Assembly (NCBI GenBank): GCA_903888485.1
Contig: CAISTS010000057.1
Span: 9,202 to 73,201 of the forward strand
Source: an uncultured bacterium
Lineage (GTDB): Bacteria > Pseudomonadota > Alphaproteobacteria > Rhodospirillales > Rhodospirillaceae
Length of the DNA stretch: 64,000 nt
Direction of reading: 5' to 3'
Each line of letters begins with the position of its first letter. Positions within the stretch are counted from its first letter, which is position 1. Position numbers and translations under genes: made by a program. The notes under the pieces were generated by a model that saw only the letters and a program-made list of their open reading frames with translations, was not told where the DNA came from and ran no database searches. Below, one piece after another: positions 1-9,622 of the stretch.

Positions 1-161
1 GGCAGCTCGACAGGGAGGCGTGCGAATATCGACCAGACCACATCGCCCAGCCGTTCAGGCAGAACGAGGATCAGGAGGATGAGCGCGAGGGCGGCGGCCC
101 AGCGGAGGATGATGTGGGAAAGCGGTCGATCCGAACGCCGCGCGAAGATGCGCGTGTTCAT
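1..161 (-). CDS. 5' end of a membrane-protein gene running off the left edge (function unknown)
   Basis: Minus-strand ATG at 161-159 overlaps the TGA (160-158) of the upstream gene (ATGA coupling). It reads MNTRIFARRSDRPLSHIILRWAAALALILLILVLPERLGDVVWSIFARLPVEL, with one hydrophobic helix. It is absent from the ORF track because no stop lies in the window. Confidence 0.45.
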   Translation of the reverse strand, partial: MNTRIFARRSDRPLSHIILRWAAALALILLILVLPERLGDVVWSIFARLPVEL

Positions 162-925
162 GTCACCGGCTGAAGCACGGGCTGGCGGAATGCCCAGATG
201 ACATCGATGGCAAAGGAATAGATCAGCGTCACCAAGGCGACAAAGCCGAGCGCGGCGCTAAAGGGCGGCACGACCGGCGGGGCGAGCAACACGATCAGCA
301 CCGCGACCTGCAGCGCGCACACGGCCTTGCGCCGCACGGACGGCGGCAACGGCTGGGTGAGCTGCGGCCAGAGCCAGCCGCAAGCAACGTAAATATAGCG
401 CATCAGGCCCGCGAGGATGATCCAGGCGCCGGCCTTGCCCAGCGTCGCCGCGGCAATGGAGAGCAGTAGGATCTGCAATGCATCGACTTCCATGTCGAAG
501 CGTGCGCCGAAAGGCGAGATTTGGCCCGACTTGCGTGCGAGCCATCCATCCAGCCCGTCGAGCAGCAAGGCAAGCACGGCAATAGCGGTGAAGACCCACG
601 CCGCTTCCGGCGCAAACAGGGTGCCCGGGCGCGCGGTCTCCGCGACGAGGCCGGCCGAGAGGCACGTCAGCACCAGCCTGAGCCACGTCACGACGTTGGC
701 CGGGCCGAAGTTCGCAAAGGGATGATGCCGCCCGACGTGCATGAGAATCAGCGCGCAGGCGCCGCCGTAACACAACAGCGCCGCGGCGATGAACCACACG
801 TTAAACTCGGCGAAGGTCGCCAGGGCCTGGGCCACGACCGCGAGCACGCCCACGCCCAGCAATAGTAAAAGGGCGACGGCGCGCGTCAGCGTTTGAGGTT
901 CGGCCACAGGAAAGGGTGTTGTCAT
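158..925 (-). CDS. CDP-alcohol phosphatidyltransferase family protein (phospholipid synthase, substrate unclear)
   Basis: 255-aa polytopic membrane ORF with the family signature D-G-x2-A-R-x8-G-x3-D-x3-D, present as DGWLARKSGQISPFGARFDMEVD. Confidence 0.8.
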   Translation of the reverse strand: MTTPFPVAEPQTLTRAVALLLLLGVGVLAVVAQALATFAEFNVWFIAAALLCYGGACALILMHVGRHHPFANFGPANVVTWLRLVLTCLSAGLVAETARPGTLFAPEAAWVFTAIAVLALLLDGLDGWLARKSGQISPFGARFDMEVDALQILLLSIAAATLGKAGAWIILAGLMRYIYVACGWLWPQLTQPLPPSVRRKAVCALQVAVLIVLLAPPVVPPFSAALGFVALVTLIYSFAIDVIWAFRQPVLQPVT

Positions 926-1142
926 CCGTCCATCTTGCAGAGCGATTGAGGTGCCTCTAAGGCATTACAACTAAGATATATTATGTAGCGTGAAGAAAGG
1001 CTTACGGTGAACTACCATCTTGGCGCGCATCATACGGGTCACGGGAACGTTATCGGCGTTGTCCTCTGCGCGCCCGCATTGACGATAGAATGCCCCCGGG
1101 CGTCAAGCGCTACTCGTCCTTCGCGGAACGGAAAAGACAGCG

Positions 1143-2534
1143 ATGCTTGAGCCCACAAAAATGGCCCCCCAGAAGCCCCGCTTCGCCTCCATCATCAAGG
1201 CGCCCCGGCCGCGCTGGCTGATGCCGGCCGCCGCTGCAGTGCTGGTCGCCGCCATAGGCGTTGGGGCTTGGGCCTTCCTCGGTAAGGGCGATCAAGCCGC
1301 TGCCGTGCTGACCACGCCAGTGGTTGTGGGCAGCATCGAAGACAGCGTTACCGCCCTGGGTACACTCCAACCTTTGCAGTTCGTCGATGTCGGTACTCAA
1401 GTGTCCGGCCAGTTGAAGGTGATCCACGTCGATTACGGTGCCCAAGTAAAAAAGGGCGATCTGCTGGCTGAGATCGATCCGACCATCTATCAATCGCGCG
1501 TCAATGCCGATCAGGCGCAGCTCCTCAACCTGCGCGCACAGCTCGCCCAGCGTCAGGCGCAGCGCACGCTGGCGGACCTCCAGTTCAAGCGCCAAGAGGA
1601 ACTGCTGAAAGAGAATGCCACCAGCCAGGATGCCTTCGACAGCTCCAGCTCCAACCGCAAGGTGGCGGTCGCGCAGGTCGCGCAGCTCGAGGCCCAGATC
1701 CAGCAGACGGAATCGACACTCGCCGGGGATATGGCCAACCTCGGCTACACCAAGATCTTCGCGCCCATGGACGGCACGGTCGTCAACCTGGTGGCCAAGC
1801 AGGGCCAGACCCTGAACGCAAACCAGACCGCACCCATCGTGCTGCGCGTTGCCGACCTGTCCACCATGACCGTATGGGCGCAGGTTTCCGAAGCCGACGT
1901 GCCGAAGTTGAAGGTCGGCATGGATGCTTACTTCACCACCCTCGGCCGCTCCGACCAGCGCCGCTACGGCAAGCTCCGCAAGATCATCCCGACGCCCGAC
2001 GTGGTGAACAACGTCGTGCTCTATAATTGCTTGTTCGACGTTGAGAACCCGGACGGCGACCTGCTGACTCAAATGAGCGCGCAGGTCTACTTCGTTGTCT
2101 CCGCGGCCCACGACGTTGCTGTGATTCCGGTGACGGCACTGCATGCTTCGCGCGCGCCACGCACACCACCCGCCGAGCAAGCCACCGCCAGCGACACGCC
2201 GCCCGCCACACCCGGCACGCGCGAAGGCCGGCGAGGTCCGATCGCTGGGACACCCGGCGGCGGTGGACGAATGCGCCAGCGCGGTCCGGCCGCCTCGAAT
2301 GTTGCGCCGGTGCGCTACAGCGTCAACGTCATGGAAGACGGGGAAGTCGTGGCGCGTGAAGTAGAGGTCGGGGTGATGAATCGCATGCTCGCGGAAGTGA
2401 AGTCGGGCCTGCAGCCGGGCGATGAGGTGGTGCTCGACGGCGGATTGCAAGGAAGTTCGTCGCGTCAGGGCCAGCAGAACCAGCGCGGTTCGGGCGGACC
2501 CGGCGGGCAATTCTTTGGCGGGCCGAGGATTTGA
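1143..2534 (+). CDS. macA: MacA-like periplasmic adaptor (HlyD/membrane-fusion family) of a tripartite efflux pump
   Basis: N-terminal TM anchor, coiled-coil hairpin region ([17 protein letters not shown]...), barrel regions, and position directly upstream of macB. Carries an extra Pro/Gly/Arg-rich insertion and tail. Confidence 0.8.
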   Translation: MLEPTKMAPQKPRFASIIKAPRPRWLMPAAAAVLVAAIGVGAWAFLGKGDQAAAVLTTPVVVGSIEDSVTALGTLQPLQFVDVGTQVSGQLKVIHVDYGAQVKKGDLLAEIDPTIYQSRVNADQAQLLNLRAQLAQRQAQRTLADLQFKRQEELLKENATSQDAFDSSSSNRKVAVAQVAQLEAQIQQTESTLAGDMANLGYTKIFAPMDGTVVNLVAKQGQTLNANQTAPIVLRVADLSTMTVWAQVSEADVPKLKVGMDAYFTTLGRSDQRRYGKLRKIIPTPDVVNNVVLYNCLFDVENPDGDLLTQMSAQVYFVVSAAHDVAVIPVTALHASRAPRTPPAEQATASDTPPATPGTREGRRGPIAGTPGGGGRMRQRGPAASNVAPVRYSVNVMEDGEVVAREVEVGVMNRMLAEVKSGLQPGDEVVLDGGLQGSSSRQGQQNQRGSGGPGGQFFGGPRI

Positions 2535-2538
2535 GGGC

Positions 2539-4548
2539 ATGAACGTCGTCGGTTCACAGCATAAGACCGGACTGCATCACGCCCCGGCGCCGCAGTCGGT
2601 GACGCCGATCATTTCGCTGCGCGATATCACCAAGGTCTTCAATACCGGCGAAATCGCTGTTCAGGTGCTGTACGGCGTCTCACTCGATATCTATCCGGGT
2701 GAATTTATCGCCATCATGGGCGCGTCCGGCTCGGGTAAGACGACGCTGATGAATATCCTTGGCTGCCTCGACCGTCCGACGGCGGGCAGCTATCTGTTCG
2801 CCGGACAAGAGGTGGCCGGTCTGGATGCAGACCAGCGCGCGCTGCTGCGCCGCGGAGCGTTCGGTTTCATTTTTCAACAGTACAATCTGCTCGCCGCGGC
2901 TTCTGCCACGGAAAATGTCGAGGTTCCGGCTGTTTACGCCGGCCACACCCACGCCGAGCGCATCGTCCGCGCACAGCACCTCTTGACGCGCCTCGGCCTG
3001 GGGGACCGCCTTGATCATAAGCCGAATCAATTGTCGGGCGGACAACAGCAGCGCGTCTCGATTGCACGCGCGCTGATGAACGGCGGCGCCGTTATCCTCG
3101 CCGATGAACCCACCGGCGCGCTCGATAGCAAGAGCGGCGAAGAGGTCATGAAGCTGCTGGCCGACCTCAATGCGGCCGGCCATACGATTCTGATCATTAC
3201 CCACGATGCGAGCGTCGCCAAGCTTGCGAAGCGCGTCGTCGAAATCAGGGATGGCGTGATCACGTCGGATACCGGCGCGCTTATGCCAGATACCGAGCGT
3301 TTGGAAGCAACCATTCATCCCGAAGGCCTTGGTCCGGCCCCTGCCTTCGCCAGCATCCCCGATGCTATGGAGGCCGGCAAAATGGCCATGCGCTCGCTCA
3401 GCAACAATCTCATGCGCACGCTGCTGACCCTGCTCGGCATCATTATCGGCGTTGCTTCCGTCGTCGCCATGCTCGCCATCGGCAATGGCGCCAAGCAGCA
3501 GGTCCTCGACCGCATCTCGGCCATGGGCACCGATCTTCTGCTCATCCGCCCCGGCGCGCCCAACCAGCGTTTTGCCGGCGGTTTCCGCGCGAGCTTGGTG
3601 CCCGCCGACGCCGAGGCCATCGCCACGCTGCCGAATGTCGATCAAGCGGTGCCGGAATTCCCGCAGAACGTCACCGTGCGTTATGGGAAGAACGATGCGC
3701 AAACCCAGGTCGATGGCACAACCGCAGAGTACTCCGGCGCGCGCGATTGGACGACGTCGCGCGGGGCATTCTTCACACAGCAGGATGTGGACGAATACGC
3801 ACCGGTCGTGGTGATCGGCCAGACCGTACAGAAGTCGTTGTTCACCGAGGGTGAAGACCCACTCGGTAAATTCATCCTCATCAACAACAATCCGTTCCAG
3901 GTCATCGGCATCATGGCGGCCAAGGGCGCCACCGGAAACGGCAACGACATGGACGACCAGATCTTCGTGCCGATCACCACCGGCGCGCAGCGCATCTACG
4001 GCCAGCGTTACGCCCGCTCGATCACCGTGGCGGTGCGCGATATTGAAAAAATGGACGCAACACAAGAAGCGATCCGCCAGCTCCTGATCTCGCGGCACAA
4101 GCAGGAAGATTTCCAGATTCGAAACATGGTCTCGGTGCTGGAGACGGCAACCGAGACGCAGAACACTCTGACGATTCTCCTCGGCTCCATCGCGGCGATC
4201 TCGCTGCTGGTGGGCGGCATCGGGGTAATGAACATCATGCTGGTCAGCGTCACTGAGCGCACGCGCGAGATCGGCATCCGCATGGCCACGGGCGCGCGCA
4301 AGCTCAACATTCTTCTGCAGTTCAACACCGAAGCGCTGGTGGTCTGCGCCATCGGTGGCGTGATCGGTGTTGTGCTCGGCATGACCACCGCCTTGGTGTT
4401 CTCGAGTTTTGGCAAACCTATCGTCTTTTCGCCGGGTCCGATCCTGCTGGCGTTCTCCTGCGCCTTCATCACAGGCCTCGTGTTCGGCTACCTGCCGGCG
4501 CGCAAGGCCGCCAACCTCGATCCCGTGGTTGCGCTTGGAGCCGAGTAA
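2539..4548 (+). CDS. macB: MacB-type ABC transporter, fused ATPase + FtsX-like permease
   Basis: Walker [10 protein letters not shown], signature [15 protein letters not shown], Walker [13 protein letters not shown], and a C-terminal 4-TM permease. ATG at 2539 lies 4 nt after the macA stop; the 2422 start in the track is an overlap artefact. Confidence 0.9.
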   Translation: MNVVGSQHKTGLHHAPAPQSVTPIISLRDITKVFNTGEIAVQVLYGVSLDIYPGEFIAIMGASGSGKTTLMNILGCLDRPTAGSYLFAGQEVAGLDADQRALLRRGAFGFIFQQYNLLAAASATENVEVPAVYAGHTHAERIVRAQHLLTRLGLGDRLDHKPNQLSGGQQQRVSIARALMNGGAVILADEPTGALDSKSGEEVMKLLADLNAAGHTILIITHDASVAKLAKRVVEIRDGVITSDTGALMPDTERLEATIHPEGLGPAPAFASIPDAMEAGKMAMRSLSNNLMRTLLTLLGIIIGVASVVAMLAIGNGAKQQVLDRISAMGTDLLLIRPGAPNQRFAGGFRASLVPADAEAIATLPNVDQAVPEFPQNVTVRYGKNDAQTQVDGTTAEYSGARDWTTSRGAFFTQQDVDEYAPVVVIGQTVQKSLFTEGEDPLGKFILINNNPFQVIGIMAAKGATGNGNDMDDQIFVPITTGAQRIYGQRYARSITVAVRDIEKMDATQEAIRQLLISRHKQEDFQIRNMVSVLETATETQNTLTILLGSIAAISLLVGGIGVMNIMLVSVTERTREIGIRMATGARKLNILLQFNTEALVVCAIGGVIGVVLGMTTALVFSSFGKPIVFSPGPILLAFSCAFITGLVFGYLPARKAANLDPVVALGAE

Positions 4549-4549
4549 A

Positions 4550-5929
4550 ATGCGCACGCGCTCATTTTGGGCATCTGTTTCCGTTCTTGCCGTACTCTTG
4601 AGCGCTTGCGGCTCGATGCCCAAACCCGAAGTCCCTATGCCGCCGGTGTGGCAGGCGCCCGTTGCCGATGCGAACGAAGGGACCGAGCCCCTGGGCGCGC
4701 TGTGGTGGCAGCGCTTTGGCAGCCCCGAGCTGAATACACTTATCATCCAAGCGGTACAGAATAATCGCGACCTGCGCATTGCCTACGCGCGTGTGCTGCA
4801 GGCCGAAGCCAGCGTGCGGGGCGCGAACGCGGCGTTGCTGCCGAGCGTATCGGGGAGCGCGGGCGCGTCTCGGCGCGGTCCTGACGAGAGCACCAGCTAT
4901 AGCGCGGGACTCCAGGCTTCGTATCAAGTCGATCTCTTCGGTGAAGCGCGCAGCAATGCATCGTCCGCCGAGCAGCGCCTGGAATCGAGCCTCTACGACC
5001 GCGAGACCGTGACCATCACGCTGATCTCGAACGTCATCACCGCTTATCTGCAGGTGCTTTCGGCGCGCGAACGCATGCAACTCACCAGCGACCGCCTCAA
5101 CAACGCAGAGGCCATCTTGAAGCTGCTGGAGACTCAGCGGCGTATCGGCACGCTTTCGGAATTGGAACTCGCGCAACAGCGCGCGGCGCTCGCCAACCAG
5201 CGCGCCGCGCTGCCGGCTTTGCGCCTCGCCGAACGTCAGGCCCTCAGCACCCTGGCGGTGCTGCTCGGCCGTGCGCCGGAAGGCTTTGACATCCAAGCGC
5301 GTTCGCTCAGCAACCTGTCGCTGCCGGTCGTGGCGTCGGGTATCCCGTCGACCCTTCTTGTGCGCCGGCCTGACCTGCGCCGTGCCGAGTCTGACCTCGC
5401 TGGCGCCAATTTCGATGTGTCGGCCGCCCGCGCCGCACGCCTGCCGGGCATTCAGTTGACGGCCTCCGGCGGCACCGCTTCGGCGGCGCTGGCCGGCCTG
5501 TTCTCCACCGGCACTTTCGCCTACACGCTCGGCGGCTCCATCGCCCAGACGATCTTCGCCGGCGGACGGTTGGCCGCGCAGGAAGACTCCGCCCGCGCGC
5601 GCTATCAGGAAGTGGCCGCCGGCTACGAGCGCGCCGTCATCGACGCCTTCAGCGACGTCGAGAACGCGCTGACCTCCGTTGCCACGAGCAACGAGCAGCA
5701 TGGCTTCGCCCAGGAAGCCTCCGCCCAGGCCGACCTTGCATATCGCCTGGCCGAGCTTAGGTACCGGGCAGGCATTGTCGACTTCCAAACCGTGCTCAAC
5801 GCGCAAAACCAGGCCTTCTCTTCGCAGGAGGCGCTGGTGCAAAATCGCTTGTCGCGCTTCACCGCCGTTATCGGACTGACCTTGGCCCTCGGCGGCGGAT
5901 GGGATGGAACGCTGCCCACCGACACCTGA
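4550..5929 (+). CDS. NodT-family outer-membrane efflux lipoprotein
   Basis: ATG at 4550 lies 1 nt after the macB stop. Signal peptide with lipobox LLSAC. Two-repeat TolC-like sequence with an LGGGW-type C-terminus (ALGGGW). Confidence 0.85.
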   Translation: MRTRSFWASVSVLAVLLSACGSMPKPEVPMPPVWQAPVADANEGTEPLGALWWQRFGSPELNTLIIQAVQNNRDLRIAYARVLQAEASVRGANAALLPSVSGSAGASRRGPDESTSYSAGLQASYQVDLFGEARSNASSAEQRLESSLYDRETVTITLISNVITAYLQVLSARERMQLTSDRLNNAEAILKLLETQRRIGTLSELELAQQRAALANQRAALPALRLAERQALSTLAVLLGRAPEGFDIQARSLSNLSLPVVASGIPSTLLVRRPDLRRAESDLAGANFDVSAARAARLPGIQLTASGGTASAALAGLFSTGTFAYTLGGSIAQTIFAGGRLAAQEDSARARYQEVAAGYERAVIDAFSDVENALTSVATSNEQHGFAQEASAQADLAYRLAELRYRAGIVDFQTVLNAQNQAFSSQEALVQNRLSRFTAVIGLTLALGGGWDGTLPTDT

Positions 5930-5953
5930 GGGCGAAACCTGACGGAGGCTTCT

Positions 5954-6598
5954 ATGTTTTTTAGCAAAGCCAAGATGCCGAGCGCCAAGGATGCGCTGCC
6001 GGGCCGCGCCGAAGCCATGCCGGTGCCCGAGACTCACTTCGTCAACAAGAACCGCCTGAAGGGACCCTTCCCCGACGGCCTCGAGGTGGCGATGTTCGGC
6101 CTCGGTTGCTTCTGGGGCGCCGAGAAGATGTTCTGGAATATCCCCGGCGTCTATTCGACGCAGGTCGGTTATGCCGCCGGGCTCACGCCCAATCCCACCT
6201 ACCGCGAAGTCTGCAGCGGCCAGACCGGGCACAACGAAGTTGTGCGCGTGCACTTCGATCCGAAGAAGGTCTGCTTTGAGACGCTGCTGAAAACCTTCTG
6301 GGAAGGCCACGACCCGACGCAAGGCATGCGCCAGGGCAATGACGCCGGCACGCAGTACCGCTCAGGCGTCTATGTCTATAGCGACGCGCAGCGACGCGCT
6401 GCCGAAGCTTCGAAGGCGGCCTACGAGAAGGCGCTCGCGCAGAAGGGCTTCCCCGCCATCACGACTGAAATTCTGGATGCTCCAACGTTCTATTACGCCG
6501 AGGACTATCACCAGCAATACCTCGCGAAAAACCCCGGGGGTTACTGCGGTCACGGGGGCACGGGCGTTGCCTGCCCGGTAGGCGTCTCGGCCGTATGA
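5954..6598 (+). CDS. msrA: peptide-methionine (S)-S-oxide reductase
   Basis: Active-site motif GCFWGAE and strong overall MsrA-like sequence ([14 protein letters not shown]). Confidence 0.92.
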   Translation: MFFSKAKMPSAKDALPGRAEAMPVPETHFVNKNRLKGPFPDGLEVAMFGLGCFWGAEKMFWNIPGVYSTQVGYAAGLTPNPTYREVCSGQTGHNEVVRVHFDPKKVCFETLLKTFWEGHDPTQGMRQGNDAGTQYRSGVYVYSDAQRRAAEASKAAYEKALAQKGFPAITTEILDAPTFYYAEDYHQQYLAKNPGGYCGHGGTGVACPVGVSAV

Positions 6599-6972
6599 AA
6601 AAAACCTACGCAGGCGGCTGCCATTGCGGCCGGGTGCGCTTTCGCGTCACGGGCGATCTTGCCGATGTGCTCGATTGCAACTGCTCGGTCTGCACCAAGA
6701 AGGGCATCCTGCATCTGATCGTGCCACCGGAGGAGTTCGCGATCCTCAAAGGCGAAGACGCGCTGACCACTTATCAATTCAACACGCACACTGCGACGCA
6801 TCGCTTCTGTTCAAGCTGCGGCATCCATCCGTTCTACGTGCCGCGTTCGGACCCCGATAAGATCGACATCAACGTGCGTTGCCTCGACGGTATCGACATC
6901 GCGACGCTCACGCCAAAAGCATTCGACGGCAAGAATTGGGAAGCCGCCAACGCGGCCTATCACGCCGAATAG
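6595..6972 (+). CDS. GFA-family (glutathione-dependent formaldehyde-activating / CENP-V-like) zinc protein
   Basis: Cys motifs [10 protein letters not shown] and [10 protein letters not shown] plus FCSSCG. ATGA overlap with the msrA stop. Confidence 0.8.
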   Translation: MKKTYAGGCHCGRVRFRVTGDLADVLDCNCSVCTKKGILHLIVPPEEFAILKGEDALTTYQFNTHTATHRFCSSCGIHPFYVPRSDPDKIDINVRCLDGIDIATLTPKAFDGKNWEAANAAYHAE

Positions 6973-6974
6973 GC

Positions 6975-8066
6975 TTAAACCAGACGCACCGCGTTGACGG
7001 GCGGCAGATGCGCCGAGAGCAACGCCCACTTGCCGCCGCCGTTGTCGGACGTCCATACGGAACCCGTGGTCGAGCCCATGGCAAGCCGGTCGCCGGTGTC
7101 ATCGACGCACAGCGCATGGCGGTATACCAAATCGAAGGCATTCTCTTGTGGTAATCCCTCGCGCTGCACGCTGAAGGACTTACCGCCGTCGTCGGTGCGC
7201 TGCACGACCACCTTGCCATCGACCGGATAACGGAATTCGTCTTTCTTCGCCGGTGCGAACCATGCGGTATCGGGCTTGCGCGGATGCACGGCCACGGCGA
7301 AACCGAACTTCGACACCGGCGCGGTGTGGATTTCCTCCCAGCTTTCCAGATTGTTGTACGAGCGGAAGATGCCGTTGTGGTGCTGTATCCAGTAGACATT
7401 GGGCTGGTCGGCGCACTGCACCATCATGTGCGCATCCTGAATGTCGGGATCGTACTGCTTGTCGGGCGGCATGAATTCGGCGCGCAAGCCCTTGCCCGCC
7501 ACCCTCCAGTTCTTGCCGTCGTCCTCGGTCAGCGTCACGCCGCCGCAAGACACGGCGATCGCGACACGGCCTGAATCGCGCGGATCGACGCAAATGGAAT
7601 GGAGCGCCGTGTCCACCGTGCCGCCGCCCATCCACTTCGCTCTCGAAGGCAGGTTCTGCAGCGGTTCGTTGAGCGTCCAGGTCGTGCCGTTGTCGTTTGA
7701 ATAGAATAGCGCCGCCGGCGCCGTGCCGATCCACAGCGCGTTCGGCTTGTCGCGCCCCGCCCATTCCATAGCCCAGATGCCGTTGACCGTGGGCGCCTTG
7801 GCGTCCTTCTCACCGCCCTCGACCTTGGGGAACTGCGGCGGCGTGAGCTCGGTCCAGCTGCCGCCGCCATCGGTCGAGCGGTGCAGCTTTACGCCGAAGT
7901 GTCCGAGGTTGAGCGCAGCGAAGATGGTTTTGTTGTTGGGCGATGCTAATGCGAGCGTTACGGGCGAGCCGACGAAGTGCGTGTCTTTGTGCTGCCATGC
8001 GCCACCGCTGTCGCGTTCGTAGACCAGCAGGCCTTTTTTCGAAGACACGTAAAGACGCTGCGCCAC
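6975..8066 (-). CDS. cytoplasmic BNR/Asp-box repeat beta-propeller protein (sialidase/Ycf48-like fold, function unknown)
   Basis: At least five Asp-boxes: STDGGGSW, SNDNGTTW, TEDDGKNW, RTDDGGKSF, TSDNGGGKW. No signal peptide. Confidence 0.7.
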   Translation of the reverse strand: MAQRLYVSSKKGLLVYERDSGGAWQHKDTHFVGSPVTLALASPNNKTIFAALNLGHFGVKLHRSTDGGGSWTELTPPQFPKVEGGEKDAKAPTVNGIWAMEWAGRDKPNALWIGTAPAALFYSNDNGTTWTLNEPLQNLPSRAKWMGGGTVDTALHSICVDPRDSGRVAIAVSCGGVTLTEDDGKNWRVAGKGLRAEFMPPDKQYDPDIQDAHMMVQCADQPNVYWIQHHNGIFRSYNNLESWEEIHTAPVSKFGFAVAVHPRKPDTAWFAPAKKDEFRYPVDGKVVVQRTDDGGKSFSVQREGLPQENAFDLVYRHALCVDDTGDRLAMGSTTGSVWTSDNGGGKWALLSAHLPPVNAVRLV

Positions 8067-8076
8067 AAATCCCTCC

Positions 8077-8343
8077 TCAGCCCCCAGACAAGGCCTGCAT
8101 TATATAGAGTTCACTGCCCGGCGGCAGCGGGTGATCCAGGACATCCCGCCGCACGTGGGTGCCGTCCACAAAGACGGCGATGTGCAGCCGCAGCCGGTCC
8201 TGATCGTCGAGCACATAACCGCGCACCGCGGGATAGCGCGCGAAGACATCGTCCAGTGCGGCCCGCACGGTTGCGCCCGTGGCGTCCACCGCGCCGCCGG
8301 GGGCCACGTGGCGCAGATGCTGCGTGAAATGGACCTTGGTCAT
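8077..8343 (-). CDS. MoaD/ThiS-like beta-grasp protein ending in Gly-Gly
   Basis: 88 aa from ATG 8343 (the track start 8379 is a TTG). MoaD-like N-terminus MTKVHFTQHLR and C-terminus ...YIMQALSGG-stop. Lies 10 nt upstream of the propeller gene on the same strand. Confidence 0.65.
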   Translation of the reverse strand: MTKVHFTQHLRHVAPGGAVDATGATVRAALDDVFARYPAVRGYVLDDQDRLRLHIAVFVDGTHVRRDVLDHPLPPGSELYIMQALSGG

Positions 8344-8430
8344 GGCGATTATGGTGCAAAACCTTTCGCTTTCGCGCAAGCAACCTTGGATTTTGGATCG
8401 CGCCGCTCATAGGATGCAGCCGGGGATGAC

Positions 8431-9453
8431 ATGACTGATCTGCAGAAAACTTTCGCCAAAGGGGTCTACGTTCACGCCGTCGGCGGTCCGCTGACACACA
8501 ACGCCGGCTGCCTGATCGAGGGCCTGATGGACCTCGGCATCCCGGTGAAGATCAGCACCGCCCAGGTCACGTCACGGCCCACCTCGATGCCGCTCAAGGG
8601 CAAGGACCTCGGTGCGCTGGTATCGCCGCCATATGCGGGGTTCGCCGGTTACATCATCGACATCTCGCACACCAACCAGCACGCGCCATTCGAAGGTGCA
8701 ACCGGGCATATCGCCTACCTCAACCAGAGCGATATCGCGGCCTTTGCCCGCGTGCCGGACGGCCAACTCCTGTTCGCGGCGCACGACAACCGCTTCGCCA
8801 TTAAGGGCGATGCGCGCCAACCCATCGCCTTCGGCCTCAGCAATGGCCTGATCACCGCGACGGAACGGCGCGCGGTATTCGCTAAACGCACGCGCGTCAT
8901 TTTGCGGAATTTCCGCGCCACCCTCAGTCAGAGCGTGCGCGCTCTTCTCGACATCACCTTTGTACCAGCGCTGGAGCGTCACGTGCCGATTGCGCGCGAC
9001 ATACTCGCCCCTGACGCCTATCTGGACGCCATGCTGGACAGCCCCGTCTGCCTTGCCTACGGCGGCGAGTTCTACAGTCCGATCATGGGTAATGGGTATT
9101 TCGCAAAACACGATCCCACTCTCGCCGCGGCTCATGCCTTCGCGCAGCTGGACGCACCAGGACTGGTGCTGCGCTGGGACAGCTTCCGCCTCTGGGAGTC
9201 CTTTGCCGCCGGGTGCCTGACGGTGCACTTGGATTTCGCGAAGTATGGCTTCGCGCTGCCCGTGATGCCCGAAGCCTGGACGCATTATGCGCCCATCGAC
9301 TTGGACGACATTGCGGGTTCGGTAAACCGCATTCTTGCGCGCGAGAAGGACTGGCCCGCCATCGCCGAAGCCGGTCGCGCCTGGGCCATCCAGCACTACG
9401 CCCCCAAGCCCACCACCGAACGCGTGCTGAACGCCATGCTGGAGCACGGCTGA
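8431..9453 (+). CDS. hypothetical protein with a C-terminal glycosyltransferase-group-1-like (CgeB-type) region
   Basis: 340-aa ORF with GC3-rich codons. The C-terminal stretch RLWESFAAGCLTVHLD...HYAPIDLDDIAGSVNRILAREKDWPAIAEAGRAWAIQHY resembles the GT1-like CgeB pattern by eye only. Confidence 0.45.
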   Translation: MTDLQKTFAKGVYVHAVGGPLTHNAGCLIEGLMDLGIPVKISTAQVTSRPTSMPLKGKDLGALVSPPYAGFAGYIIDISHTNQHAPFEGATGHIAYLNQSDIAAFARVPDGQLLFAAHDNRFAIKGDARQPIAFGLSNGLITATERRAVFAKRTRVILRNFRATLSQSVRALLDITFVPALERHVPIARDILAPDAYLDAMLDSPVCLAYGGEFYSPIMGNGYFAKHDPTLAAAHAFAQLDAPGLVLRWDSFRLWESFAAGCLTVHLDFAKYGFALPVMPEAWTHYAPIDLDDIAGSVNRILAREKDWPAIAEAGRAWAIQHYAPKPTTERVLNAMLEHG

Positions 9454-9490
9454 GCTTGCGCCGTCACGCGCGCCAGACTATGACCGTTGC

Positions 9491-9622
9491 ATGCCGACGA
9501 TCCTTCTGTATTTTTTCCTGGCGGCGCTCATCATTGGCGGCATGATTCTGGCCGTGCCGGACGATCAGCCAGACGCACCGCCGCCCAATCCCCTCGAAGT
9601 CATGCGCGAGCTGCAGAAGTGA
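9491..9622 (+). CDS. 43-aa single-TM micro-protein (hypothetical)
   Basis: ATG 9491 to TGA 9620-9622 reads MPTILLYFFLAALIIGGMILAVPDDQPDAPPPNPLEVMRELQK. Third codon positions are mostly G/C. The stop overlaps the GTG of the next gene (GTGA). Below the ORF-track size cut-off. Confidence 0.4.
   Translation: MPTILLYFFLAALIIGGMILAVPDDQPDAPPPNPLEVMRELQK

Noticed and set aside
2422-4549. Upstream-extended starts of macB (2422) and the OMF gene (4409)
   Set aside because: The extensions overlap the preceding genes. The internal ATGs at 2539 and 4550 lie 1-4 nt after the preceding stops and give canonical N-termini, including a lipoprotein signal for the OMF.
1110-6322. Very long minus-strand ORFs (1110-2540, 2680-4779, 4562-6322) antisense to the macA-macB-OMF operon
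   Set aside because: Their products are Arg/Gly/Ala/His-rich low-complexity strings with no motifs. The plus-strand frames carry unmistakable Walker, signature and lipobox motifs. These are typical stop-poor antisense frames of high-GC DNA.
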